A stretch of 16,565 bases of DNA, from IMG/VR virus record IMGVR_UViG_2667527959_000010, positions 1 through 16,565 of that record. One strand, given 5' to 3'. This DNA comes from a virus (lineage: Duplodnaviria; Heunggongvirae; Uroviricota; Caudoviricetes). The notes under the pieces are model-generated. The model was not told the DNA's origin. It was given only the letters and a program-made list of their open reading frames with translations, and did not search any database. Of the stretch, positions 8,313 to 16,565 are shown one piece after another (within the stretch, counting starts at the first letter, position 1; every line of letters starts with the position of its first letter). The position numbers and the translations under genes were made by a program.

Positions 8313-9871
8313 TTTTGCACCTCGCAGCCTTCAATTTCAGCCACAATTGCATCAATATCTTTACGCAACTGGTCGATTTTGCTGACCGTGGTTTTCAGCT
8401 CAGCATTCAGCTCACCGATATCGATAATTTCGCGGTTATCTTTCGCTTCCACATAGCTGCTCACCGACAGGTTATAGTCATTCGCGACAACGGCTTCAAA
8501 CGCGACAGATTTTGCCAGATGAGCAACATCTTCCTTGCTGGCAAATACCTGCATAATTTTTTCTATATGGGCATCGGTCAGAATGTTGTTGTTAGTCTCT
8601 TTTTTGAACAGTTCGCTGGCATCAATAAACTGAACTTTGGTATCCGTTTTATGTTTAGACAGCACCAGAATATTTACGGCAATGGTGGTGCCAAAGAACA
8701 GGTTCGGTGCGAGTGAAATCACGGTTTCGACATAGTTATTGTCGACCAGATACTGACGGATTTTCTGCTCCGCGCCGCCACGGTAAAAAATACCCGGGAA
8801 GCAGACAATCGCGGCGCGACCTTTGGCCGAAAGATAGTTCAGCGCATGTAGTACAAACGCAAAGTCAGCTTTGGATTTGGGGGCCAGAACGCCAGCCGGG
8901 GCAAAACGTTCATCGTTAATCAGCGTCGGGTCATCGCTGCCAATCCATTTCACCGAATACGGTGGGTTAGATACGATGGCGTCAAACGGTTTTTCATCTC
9001 TGAAGTGCGGCTCAGTCAGCGTATTGCCCAGCTTGATATCAAACTTGTCGTAGTTGATATTGTGCAAAAACATGTTCATACGCGCCAGGTTATAGGTCGT
9101 ATGGTTGATTTCCTGACCGAAAAAGCCTTCTTCGATGATATGGTTATCAAACTGTTTTTTCGCCTGCAACAACAGTGAGCCGGAACCCGCTGCCGGGTCG
9201 TAGATTTTGTTAACGCTGGTCTGCCCGTGCATAGCCAGTTGTGCAATCAGCTTGGAGACGTGCTGCGGTGTAAAGAACTCACCGCCTGACTTACCGGCAT
9301 TTGCCGCATAGTTAGAAATCAGGAACTCATAGGCATCACCGAACAGGTCAATCTGATGTTCGTTGAAGTCACCAAGTTTTAACCCTTCAACCCCTTTCAG
9401 AACCGCAGCCAGGCGGGCATTTTTATCTTTAACGGTGTTACCCAGGCGGTTACTGGTGGTATCGAAATCAGCAAACAAACCTTTGATGTCAGCTTCTGAA
9501 GGATAACCGTAAGCAGAACTTTCGATAGCAACGAAGATGCTGTTTAAATCTGCATTCAGTCTGTCATTAGTATTTGCTTTCGCAGCTACGTTGCAGAAAA
9601 GCTGACTGGGGTAGATGAAGTAGCCTTTAGTTTTGATGGCATCGTCTTTAATGTCATCAGTAATTACGCTGTCATCCAGTTTCGCATAACAGATACTGTC
9701 ATCACCGGCTTCAATATAGCTGGAAAAATTTTCGCTGATAAAACGGTAGAAAAGTGCGCCCAGAACGTATTGCTTAAAATCCCATCCATCGACCGAACCC
9801 CTGACATCGTTAGCAATTTGCCAGATTTGACGATGAAGCTCTGCACGTTGTTGAATACTTGTCATTTTCAT
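8309..9871 (-). CDS. hsdM: Type I restriction-modification N6-adenine DNA methyltransferase subunit (HsdM)
   Basis: 520 aa. AdoMet-binding motif [10 protein letters not shown] and catalytic motif NPPY ([10 protein letters not shown]). Its stop overlaps the hsdS start by 4 bp. N-terminus [13 protein letters not shown] matches my recollection of EcoR124I HsdM. Confidence 0.95.
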   Translation of the reverse strand: MKMTSIQQRAELHRQIWQIANDVRGSVDGWDFKQYVLGALFYRFISENFSSYIEAGDDSICYAKLDDSVITDDIKDDAIKTKGYFIYPSQLFCNVAAKANTNDRLNADLNSIFVAIESSAYGYPSEADIKGLFADFDTTSNRLGNTVKDKNARLAAVLKGVEGLKLGDFNEHQIDLFGDAYEFLISNYAANAGKSGGEFFTPQHVSKLIAQLAMHGQTSVNKIYDPAAGSGSLLLQAKKQFDNHIIEEGFFGQEINHTTYNLARMNMFLHNINYDKFDIKLGNTLTEPHFRDEKPFDAIVSNPPYSVKWIGSDDPTLINDERFAPAGVLAPKSKADFAFVLHALNYLSAKGRAAIVCFPGIFYRGGAEQKIRQYLVDNNYVETVISLAPNLFFGTTIAVNILVLSKHKTDTKVQFIDASELFKKETNNNILTDAHIEKIMQVFASKEDVAHLAKSVAFEAVVANDYNLSVSSYVEAKDNREIIDIGELNAELKTTVSKIDQLRKDIDAIVAEIEGCEVQK

Positions 9872-10010
9872 CCACTTATTTCAGGCTTATGTAATTGGCG
9901 GTGATTCTACAGCAACTTGGATGCTTTAGCAGTTCGGACATTAGGCTACGAATGACCTGCCTAGAGGTTTGTTAAGCCGCAAAGTGCTGGTGCTTTATGC
10001 CTGTGAAGTT

Positions 10011-10040
10011 TATAATTGTGTACACATAACGAGTACACGA
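10011..10040 (+). promoter_or_regulatory. phd-doc promoter -10 (TATAAT) and Phd/Doc operator palindromes
   Basis: TATAAT at 10011-10016 is followed by the perfect palindrome GTGTACAC (10018-10025) and a second near-copy GAGTACAC (10031-10038), just upstream of SD GAGGTG and the phd ATG. Consistent with the autoregulated phd-doc operator described for P1. Confidence 0.6.
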
Positions 10041-10047
10041 GGTGTTT

Positions 10048-10269
10048 ATGCAATCCATTAACTTCCGTACCGCGCGTGGCAACCTTTCTGAAGTGCTCAA
10101 CAATGTTGAAGCCGGGGAAGAGGTTGAAATCACCCGCAGAGGCCGTGAGCCAGCAGTAATTGTCAGCAAGGCTACTTTCGAAGCCTACAAAAAAGCGGCG
10201 CTGGATGCTGAATTTGCATCCCTGTTTGACACCCTGGACTCCACCAACAAGGAACTGGTTAACCGATAA
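10048..10269 (+). CDS. phd: Phd antitoxin (prevent host death)
   Basis: 73 aa, [41 protein letters not shown]..., matching P1 Phd as recalled. SD GAGGTG 4 nt upstream. The ORF track's 10042 GTG start adds two residues; ATG 10048 is preferred. Confidence 0.95.
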   Translation: MQSINFRTARGNLSEVLNNVEAGEEVEITRRGREPAVIVSKATFEAYKKAALDAEFASLFDTLDSTNKELVNR

Positions 10270-10649
10270 TGAGGCATATATCACCGGAAGAACTTATTGC
10301 GCTTCATGATGCGAATATAAACCGCTACGGCGGCCTGCCGGGCATGTCAGATCCGGGTAGGGCAGAGGCCATTATCGGGAGAGTTCAGGCCAGAGTTGCC
10401 TACGAAGAGATCACCGACCTTTTCGAAGTCTCCGCCACCTACCTGGTGGCTACAGCGAGAGGGCATATATTCAATGATGCCAATAAGCGTACCGCGCTAA
10501 ACAGTGCGCTGTTATTTCTACGCCGTAACGGGGTGCAGGTATTTGATTCACCTGAACTGGCAGACCTTACCGTAGGGGCTGCGACCGGAGAGATATCTGT
10601 ATCTTCTGTCGCCGACACGTTACGTAGATTGTATGGTTCTGCGGAGTAG
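10269..10649 (+). CDS. doc: Doc toxin (death on curing), Fic-family kinase
   Basis: 126 aa with Fic motif [11 protein letters not shown]. Start overlaps the phd stop (TAATG). Matches P1 Doc as recalled. Confidence 0.95.
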   Translation: MRHISPEELIALHDANINRYGGLPGMSDPGRAEAIIGRVQARVAYEEITDLFEVSATYLVATARGHIFNDANKRTALNSALLFLRRNGVQVFDSPELADLTVGAATGEISVSSVADTLRRLYGSAE

Positions 10650-10653
10650 ATTA

Positions 10654-10833
10654 ATGGCACGCAAATACAACAAATTGTCCCGTGAAGCGTTAAAGATGCT
10701 TCTTGATGGCGTGAGTCGCCGCAAGGTAAAGCAATACCTGGTTGGTAAGCAAATTGGAGTCAGGACCGCTATTGCTGTGTTATGCCGTCAGGAAATGGTT
10801 GCGCTTAAACAGAGAATGCCGGGCAGCAGATAA
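10654..10833 (+). CDS. Small basic protein downstream of doc (pdcA-like by position), 59 aa
   Basis: ATG at 10654 with SD GGAG about 9 nt upstream. An alternative in-frame ATG at 10633 lies inside the doc 3' end without an SD. K/R-rich sequence; named only by position after doc. Confidence 0.5.
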   Translation: MARKYNKLSREALKMLLDGVSRRKVKQYLVGKQIGVRTAIAVLCRQEMVALKQRMPGSR

Positions 10834-10860
10834 AGCCCAATCAGTGATGAAAGGTGTGAT

Positions 10861-11904
10861 GTGAAAGCCGTAATTACTCCCTTTGTACAGAAAGAGCTTG
10901 GCCTCGCCACGTTCAAAGTGGATCAGGAGGTCAGAAAGCTGGTGGAGGCTGGCCGTAAATTTATTATGGAGCCGGTGCCGCGTGAGTTAATCGAGCACAT
11001 GGAAGACGGCCTCGTTGTTACCGAGCAAACCATGGCAACAAATGAGGCGTTGCAGCCGTTTTTTAACAGCGATGAACTGTTTCGCCGTATTGGTGGAATT
11101 GACGCGCTGGTGGCGTGGTTGCGTAGGAAAGAGGGTCAATGCCAGGCCGCAGATCGTAGTTGGTGTGACAACCATATTGTCCACGCTGAACGAGACAATA
11201 GCGCGGTGTTGTTGTGCTGGCATCACGATAACCATTATCGGATGCGTGGTTTTAATGAGCTGAAAGAAACGCTGCACAATAATCGCGTTAACTGGATACT
11301 GGATGTCGCCCGTCAGGAAATGGGCCTTTCAAATAGCCATGATTTAAGTATTCAGGAGCTGTGCTGGTGGGCTTTCATGCGCAACATGATGCACCTGATG
11401 CCGGAAGAAGTCTGCCGCATATCAATAAATAAGATGAAGGCTACTCCGCAGGATAGCGGACCTCTGAAAGAGGCGGATATTCGCCCGTATGACGATCGCG
11501 CTACAGCATATGTGCAGATGATGGAAGAACGCGCCGCGCCGATGCGTGCAAAAGTATGCCCTGTGGATGTTGACTCCGACCCTGGCATGGCGCATTTCAA
11601 AATACCAAAACTGCAATCGCTAAAATTACCTGAGTACATGGACTTTGTTGCTTCCCGTCCATGCTGTGGGTGTGGAGCTGCGGGAGCTGGCGCTCACATT
11701 ACGCCTTATATCGTTCGTCATAGTCGATTATGCGCGCATGACATTTACGCAATTCCTCTGTGCCAGTCATGCCAGCGTGATATTGAGCGTGACCGCGATA
11801 ATTGGGAGAAGACGCACGGTAGGTTGGCGATGCATCAACGATTGTTCTTTGATTACGCGCTTGGAGTGGGCGTTATCACAAGTCATTCGTCGAGTGTTAG
11901 ATAA
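10861..11904 (+). CDS. Hypothetical protein, 347 aa, with C-terminal Cys/His cluster (pdcB-like by position)
   Basis: GTG start at 10861 with SD AAGGTG (10851-10856). C-terminal region PCCGCG...H...H..LCAHD...LCQSCQ suggests a metal-binding module. Function unknown. Confidence 0.75.
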   Translation: MKAVITPFVQKELGLATFKVDQEVRKLVEAGRKFIMEPVPRELIEHMEDGLVVTEQTMATNEALQPFFNSDELFRRIGGIDALVAWLRRKEGQCQAADRSWCDNHIVHAERDNSAVLLCWHHDNHYRMRGFNELKETLHNNRVNWILDVARQEMGLSNSHDLSIQELCWWAFMRNMMHLMPEEVCRISINKMKATPQDSGPLKEADIRPYDDRATAYVQMMEERAAPMRAKVCPVDVDSDPGMAHFKIPKLQSLKLPEYMDFVASRPCCGCGAAGAGAHITPYIVRHSRLCAHDIYAIPLCQSCQRDIERDRDNWEKTHGRLAMHQRLFFDYALGVGVITSHSSSVR

Positions 11905-11905
11905 A

Positions 11906-11922
11906 ATTGCTCTAATGTATTG
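11906..11922 (+). promoter_or_regulatory. C1 operator-like site upstream of lpa (ATTGCTCTAATGTATTG)
   Basis: 13/17 match to the C1 operator consensus, first 11 positions identical. Overlaps a TTGCTA -35-like hexamer (11920-11925) spaced 16 bp from a TATTAT -10-like hexamer (11942-11947). Confidence 0.6.
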
Positions 11923-11992
11923 CTATTTCTTTAATCGAGGGTATTATATTCCACGTTGATTAGTTGACATGGGCTAATCAGTAGGTGACAGG

Positions 11993-12445
11993 ATGTTACT
12001 TAACTGGCAGGGACGCCACTTCATGGAAATAAATCACTCACGAATAACATCGTACGAGATTGCGGATTACATGATCCGCACTAAATCTCTTCTATCAGCG
12101 AAAGAACTCGCAGCAATTCTTGAAAAGGAATACCCGCATCTGGATGTCGATAAGCGCGATGTTTATCTGCGCTTAAAGGCTATCGCTGTGTCTAAGTATT
12201 CGTCTGTTTTGATAGATGACAGTACACGCCCACGTAGATTTCAGATCCACTCTCTGAATCCTGAATTCTTTCGCCGTAGCCGCGCTCCGCGCCGGTTTGA
12301 TGAAAAACTCCAGAACGAACTCTATATGACGCAGGACGAAAAGGAACGCCGGGAGCACCAGCCTTGGGTAATGGCGCGTCAACTTTTCAATAAGGTGGCC
12401 CGTCAGCACCGTCATTACGGTAATGCCACATCCGCACGTATCTGA
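11993..12445 (+). CDS. lpa: Late promoter activator Lpa (P1 gene 10-like)
   Basis: 150-aa basic protein in the conserved P1 position between doc/pdc and pacA, preceded by a C1 operator. Assignment is by synteny and size, not by a recalled sequence. An internal ATG at 12023 is an alternative start. Confidence 0.75.
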   Translation: MLLNWQGRHFMEINHSRITSYEIADYMIRTKSLLSAKELAAILEKEYPHLDVDKRDVYLRLKAIAVSKYSSVLIDDSTRPRRFQIHSLNPEFFRRSRAPRRFDEKLQNELYMTQDEKERREHQPWVMARQLFNKVARQHRHYGNATSARI

Positions 12446-12455
12446 TTGATTGCTT

Positions 12456-12474
12456 GCCCGTTCCGGGCCTTTTG
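12456..12474 (+). terminator. Short GC hairpin plus T-run (weak terminator or attenuator candidate) between lpa and pacA
   Basis: GCCCG-TTC-CGGGC followed by CTTTTG, 11 nt after the lpa stop. Confidence 0.35.
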
Positions 12475-12530
12475 ACATGTGACTTTCGTTACCCTCGCGT
12501 CAAAAAGAGTTTTTACGAAAGGAAGCATAA

Positions 12531-13724
12531 GTGACCTGGGACGATCACAAGAAGAATTTTGCTCGCCTGGCGCGAGATGGTGGTTACACCATCGCACAGT
12601 ATGCCGCCGAGTTTAATCTTAACCCTAATACCGCACGTCGTTATCTCCGTGCATTCAAAGAAGACACCGGAACAGCGGACAGCCGTAAGCCAAATAAGCC
12701 TGTCAGGAAACCACTAAAAAGCATGATCATTGATCACGCTAATGATCAACGTGCAGGTGATTACGTTGTGGCTGAAATGGCTGAAAAACAAAAAGTTAAT
12801 GCTGTTGTTAGTGCCGCAGTCGAGAACGCTAAGCGCCAAAATAAGCGCATAAATGATCGTTCTGATGATCATGACGTGATCACCCGCGCCCACCGTACCT
12901 TACGTGATCGCCTGGAACGCGACACCCTGGATGATGATGGTGAACGCTTTGAATTCGAAGCTGGCGATTACCTGATAGATAACGTTGAAGCGCGGAAGGC
13001 CGCGCGCGCTATGTTGCGTCGGTCCGGGGCCGATGTTCTGGAAACCACTCTTCTGGAAAAGTCTCTTTCTCATCTCCTTATGCTGGAGAACGCCAGGGAT
13101 ACGTGTATTCGCCTGGTGCAGGAAATGCGCGATCAGCAAAAAGACGATGATGAAGGTACTCCGCCTGAATACCGTATCGCGAGCATGCTAAACAGCTGTT
13201 CCGCGCAGATAAGCAGCCTGATCAACACCATTTACAGCATCCGGAATAACTATCGAAAAGAAAGCCGGGAGGCGGAAAAGCACGCTTTATCTATGGGGCA
13301 AGCTGGCATTGTTAAGCTGGCATACGAACGAAAGCGTGAAAATAACTGGTCAGTGCTGGAAGCGGCTGAATTCATCGAGGCGCATGGAGGAAAAGTGCCG
13401 CCCCTGATGCTGGAGCAAATCAAAGCCGATCTGCGTGCTCCTAAGACCAATACCGATGATGAGGAAAACCAAACAGCATCTGGCGCTCCATCACTTGAAG
13501 ATCTGGATAAAATCGCGCGAGAACGGGCCGCCAGCCGCCGCGCTGATGCGGCATTGTGGATTGAGCATCGTAGAGAAGAAATTGCCGATATCGTCGATAC
13601 AGGTGGTTATGGTGATGTCGATGCGGAAGGCATATCAAACGAAGCATGGCTTGAACAGGATCTGGACGAAGACGAGGAGGAAGACGAAGAAGTTACCCGC
13701 AAACTGTACGGGGATGATGATTAA
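12531..13724 (+). CDS. pacA: Terminase small / pac-recognition subunit PacA
   Basis: 397 aa, GTG start with SD GGAAG. N-terminus [28 protein letters not shown] matches P1 PacA as recalled. Acidic C-terminal tail. Contains the pac site. Confidence 0.9.
12724..12882 (+). other. pac packaging site: clustered TGATCA/G hexamers carrying Dam GATC sites, inside pacA
   Basis: Left cluster TGATCA at 12724, 12731 and 12743, plus a degenerate TGATTA at about 12758. Right cluster TGATCG at 12854, TGATCA at 12866 and 12877. Architecture matches the P1 pac description (4 left + 3 right hexamers). Confidence 0.75.
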
Positions 13725-15208
13725 TGGCCAGAAGTTGCGTAACGGACCCACGTTGGCGCGAGCTGGTGGCGCTATATCGTTATGACTGGATTGCGGCCGC
13801 TGATGTGTTGTTTGGGAAGACACCAACCTGGCAGCAGGATGAGATCATTGAGTCCACGCAGCAGGACGGCAGTTGGACAAGTGTGACCTCCGGCCATGGT
13901 ACTGGTAAATCGGATATGACGAGTATCATTGCAATACTCTTCATCATGTTTTTCCCCGGCGCTCGCGTCATTCTGGTCGCTAACAAAAGACAGCAAGTCC
14001 TTGATGGTATTTTCAAATACATAAAGAGCAATTGGGCTACTGCTGTTAGCAGATTCCCGTGGTTGTCGAAGTATTTCATTCTTACAGAAACGTCTTTTTT
14101 TGAGGTGACTGGCAAGGGTGTTTGGACAATATTGATAAAGTCCTGTCGCCCCGGAAATGAGGAGGCGTTGGCTGGTGAACACGCCGATCATCTCTTGTAT
14201 ATCATCGACGAAGCGTCGGGTGTGAGTGATAAAGCATTCAGTGTGATAACAGGTGCGCTGACCGGTAAGGATAACCGTATTCTGCTTCTTTCCCAGCCTA
14301 CGCGACCTTCAGGCTATTTCTACGATTCACACCACAGACTAGCTATTCGCCCGGGAAATCCTGATGGATTGTTTACTGCGATAATACTGAATAGTGAAGA
14401 ATCTCCGCTTGTAGATGCAAAATTTATACGAGCAAAACTTGCGGAGTATGGCGGTCGTGATAACCCCATGTACATGATCAAAGTACGTGGTGAATTTCCC
14501 AAATCTCAAGATGGCTTTCTTCTTGGTCGTGATGAGGTTGAGCGGGCGACGCGGCGAAAGGTCAAGATTGCCAAAGGATGGGGCTGGGTTGCATGTGTTG
14601 ACGTTGCTGGTGGCACAGGACGAGATAAGTCCGTTATTAATATCATGATGGTGTCCGGCCAGCGAAATAAACGCCGTGTAATCAACTATCGTATGCTGGA
14701 ATACACAGACGTTACAGAAACGCAGTTAGCCGCCAAGATTTTCGCAGAATGTAACCCAGAACGGTTCCCGAACATAACCATAGCTATTGATGGCGATGGC
14801 TTGGGGAAATCGACGGCTGATCTAATGTACGAACGCTATGGCATTACCGTCCAGCGTATCCGCTGGGGTAAAAAGATGCACAGCCGTGAAGATAAAAGCC
14901 TTTATTTCGATATGCGCGCTTTCGCGAATATTCAGGCGGCAGAAGCTGTAAAATCAGGGCGTATGAGGCTTGATAAGGGGGCTGCGACTATAGAGGAAGC
15001 ATCAAAGATACCGGTAGGGATAAATTCCGCAGGTCAATGGAAGGTGATGTCAAAGGAAGATATGAAGAAAAAACTCAACCTGCACTCACCGGACCATTGG
15101 GATACATATTGTTTCGCTATGTTGGCGAACTATGTTCCCCAAGATGAAGTGCTTAGCGTCGAAGACGAAGCGCAGGTTGATGAAGCTCTGGCATGGCTTA
15201 ATGAATAA
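13724..15208 (+). CDS. pacB: Terminase large subunit PacB
   Basis: 494 aa. Start overlaps the pacA stop (TAATG). Walker A-like GHGTGKS and Walker B-like [10 protein letters not shown]. Confidence 0.9.
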
Positions 15209-15232
15209 CTCATTAACCATGCCGGATGGAAA

Positions 15233-16084
15233 CTATTGCGCGCTTTCGGGGTTGTCGTTTACTGGCTGCCCCTTCTTAGTTTTGCGGCTGCGCGTAACTG
15301 ATGCGGCTGATTTGACCTTTTTCTCTTCGCGAGTGATGGCAATTTGTTTTTTTACATTTTCAATATCTGCCAGGCGATATATTTTTGCTTGCGGCCAGCG
15401 GTCGCAGATGATCGGTTCTATGGAGTCATAAAGGCTAAATTTTGCTTTTTCGAATTCACCGTTGATGATAATTCCATCACGGAGAGTTTCATCGCAGATA
15501 AACACGCCACACAGTGGCACATGGTAACTCACTGATTTACCATCATTGTAGTTAGGGCTACTGGAAATGTAGTGGACGCGCAGCATTGTTTCGCTAAAGC
15601 CGTGTACGCGCATACGGAATTTTTCATCCTCTGGGTACTGCTTCATTAGCTCTTTTGTTGCTTCCAGGTTCTCTATGTATTTCGCACTGTGCTCATTGAT
15701 CCCCGCGCTTTTTTGGATGCGAATGTCCTTATCAATCAGATGAATAATGCGGCCAGCGGTCATGTTGACGCTGTTCACAGCTTCTGTCTGATAAGTTGTA
15801 ACCTTGCGAACACCGCGAAGGATGTTAGGCACTGGATATAAAATAGTCTTTGGGATATTGAGGTCTGGGTACTGTTCCAGTTCCCGCGCCATTAAAGTCC
15901 ATTTATCAATTTCAGCCTGAATGCTGTCAGTTTCTTTGAACGGTAGAACGACAACCGGGCGTACAGGACGACCGTCGCTGGCTGTATCAACGTGTTGGGC
16001 GCGTGCAACAGCTTTTTTTAGAAAGAGATCCCTGAAGCTGACGAACTCCTGGTACAGTTGTTCGCCGTAGACATAATTTATCAT
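15233..16084 (-). CDS. c1: C1 repressor of lysis (primary immunity repressor)
   Basis: 283 aa, MINYVYGEQLYQEFVSFRDLFLKKAVARAQHVD..., matching P1 C1 as recalled. Convergent with pacB as in P1. Confidence 0.95.
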   Translation of the reverse strand: MINYVYGEQLYQEFVSFRDLFLKKAVARAQHVDTASDGRPVRPVVVLPFKETDSIQAEIDKWTLMARELEQYPDLNIPKTILYPVPNILRGVRKVTTYQTEAVNSVNMTAGRIIHLIDKDIRIQKSAGINEHSAKYIENLEATKELMKQYPEDEKFRMRVHGFSETMLRVHYISSSPNYNDGKSVSYHVPLCGVFICDETLRDGIIINGEFEKAKFSLYDSIEPIICDRWPQAKIYRLADIENVKKQIAITREEKKVKSAASVTRSRKTKKGQPVNDNPESAQ

Positions 16085-16178
16085 TGATCCTCCTCCAGAA
16101 TTGACATGGTCAATAACGCCCGGCTGAGAAAACCGGTCATTACTGACCTATATTATAGAGGGATCAAACAAAAATAAT

Positions 16179-16195
16179 AGATTTATTAGTGCATT
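16179..16195 (-). promoter_or_regulatory. C1 operator-like site between coi and c1 (Op99-like)
   Basis: Plus strand AGATTTATTAGTGCATT is 14/17 to the reverse-complement consensus AAATTTATTAGAGCAAT. Position corresponds to the autoregulatory operators upstream of c1 in P1. Confidence 0.45.
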
Positions 16196-16404
16196 TATTG
16201 TGAGTCTAACTGGTTAGTTGCCATGAGATATTCGATTGTGTCAGTGAGGTCATCCAGGTCGTCTTGGGTGATGCGGTACTCCTGATTGGATATCTTTGAG
16301 TAGTGTTCAGCAATGGCGCGGGCAGCGTCGGTTTCGGCAGGGTCTACAGATAAAGCGTTAGAGCAATGTCTAACGTCGTCGATGGTTGGTTGAATGAAAG
16401 CCAT
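16195..16404 (-). CDS. coi: Coi (C1 inactivator)
   Basis: 69-aa acidic protein immediately upstream of c1 on the same strand, with SD GAGG. Size and position match P1 Coi. Confidence 0.85.
   Translation of the reverse strand: MAFIQPTIDDVRHCSNALSVDPAETDAARAIAEHYSKISNQEYRITQDDLDDLTDTIEYLMATNQLDSQ
16351..16367 (-). promoter_or_regulatory. Weak C1 operator-like sequence inside coi
   Basis: Plus strand TAAAGCGTTAGAGCAAT is 12/17 to the reverse-complement consensus. Embedded in a 7-bp inverted repeat CGTTAGA/TCTAACG. Confidence 0.3.
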
Positions 16405-16565
16405 AATTATGCCTCACTGTATTGACAACACAGAGCCTGAAGCTCTGACCTACTGTTTCACCCATGATCCATGCTGGGGTAATCTAACAACATTGCGCTG
16501 TGTGTAAGGGAAGGTGCGAACAAGTTCCTGATATGAGATCATCATATTCATCCGGAGCGCATCCC

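Noticed and set aside
7369-9053. Plus-strand ORFs of 60-133 aa inside hsdS and hsdM (7369-7596, 7581-7844, 7705-7905, 8315-8716, 8707-8919, 8871-9053)
   Set aside because: Shadow ORFs antisense to strongly supported hsdS/hsdM coding sequence.
16419-16435. LexA-box-like sequence CTGTATTGACAACACAG upstream of coi
   Set aside because: The spacing between CTGT and ACAG is 9 rather than the canonical 8, and the rest of the SOS box consensus is poor.
1-16565. CRISPR arrays, tRNA/rRNA genes, IS elements or integrase at the hsd junctions
   Set aside because: No spaced direct repeats, tRNA-like cloverleaf candidates, terminal inverted repeats or transposase/integrase-like ORFs were seen by eye. The mechanism of hsd acquisition is therefore not evident from this window.

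Overview
This window reads as a segment of a P1-like temperate phage-plasmid carrying a type I restriction-modification cassette. The right half is P1-family backbone in the expected order: phd-doc toxin-antitoxin (10048-10649), two pdc-like ORFs, lpa (late promoter activator), pacA with an internal pac site, pacB, then convergent c1 repressor and coi. Matches to the asymmetric 17-bp C1 operator consensus ATTGCTCTAATAAATTT recur across the window (1409, 1458, 3551, 11906, 16179). The left part encodes a lambda-type Ser/Thr phosphatase, three unassigned ORFs (233, 72 and 420 aa) and a HAD/Pnkp-like phosphatase split by one in-frame TGA. Between these lies a complete hsdM-hsdS-hsdR locus (3818-9871, minus strand) that looks type IC (EcoR124I-like), with a TAEL-encoding 12-bp tandem repeat in hsdS. 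The least explained stretch is 3551-3817, where a C1 operator overlaps a possible promoter for a 28-codon hydrophobic ORF lying convergent with the hsdR 3' end. All identifications rest on motifs and recalled protein and operator sequences; no database search was run.
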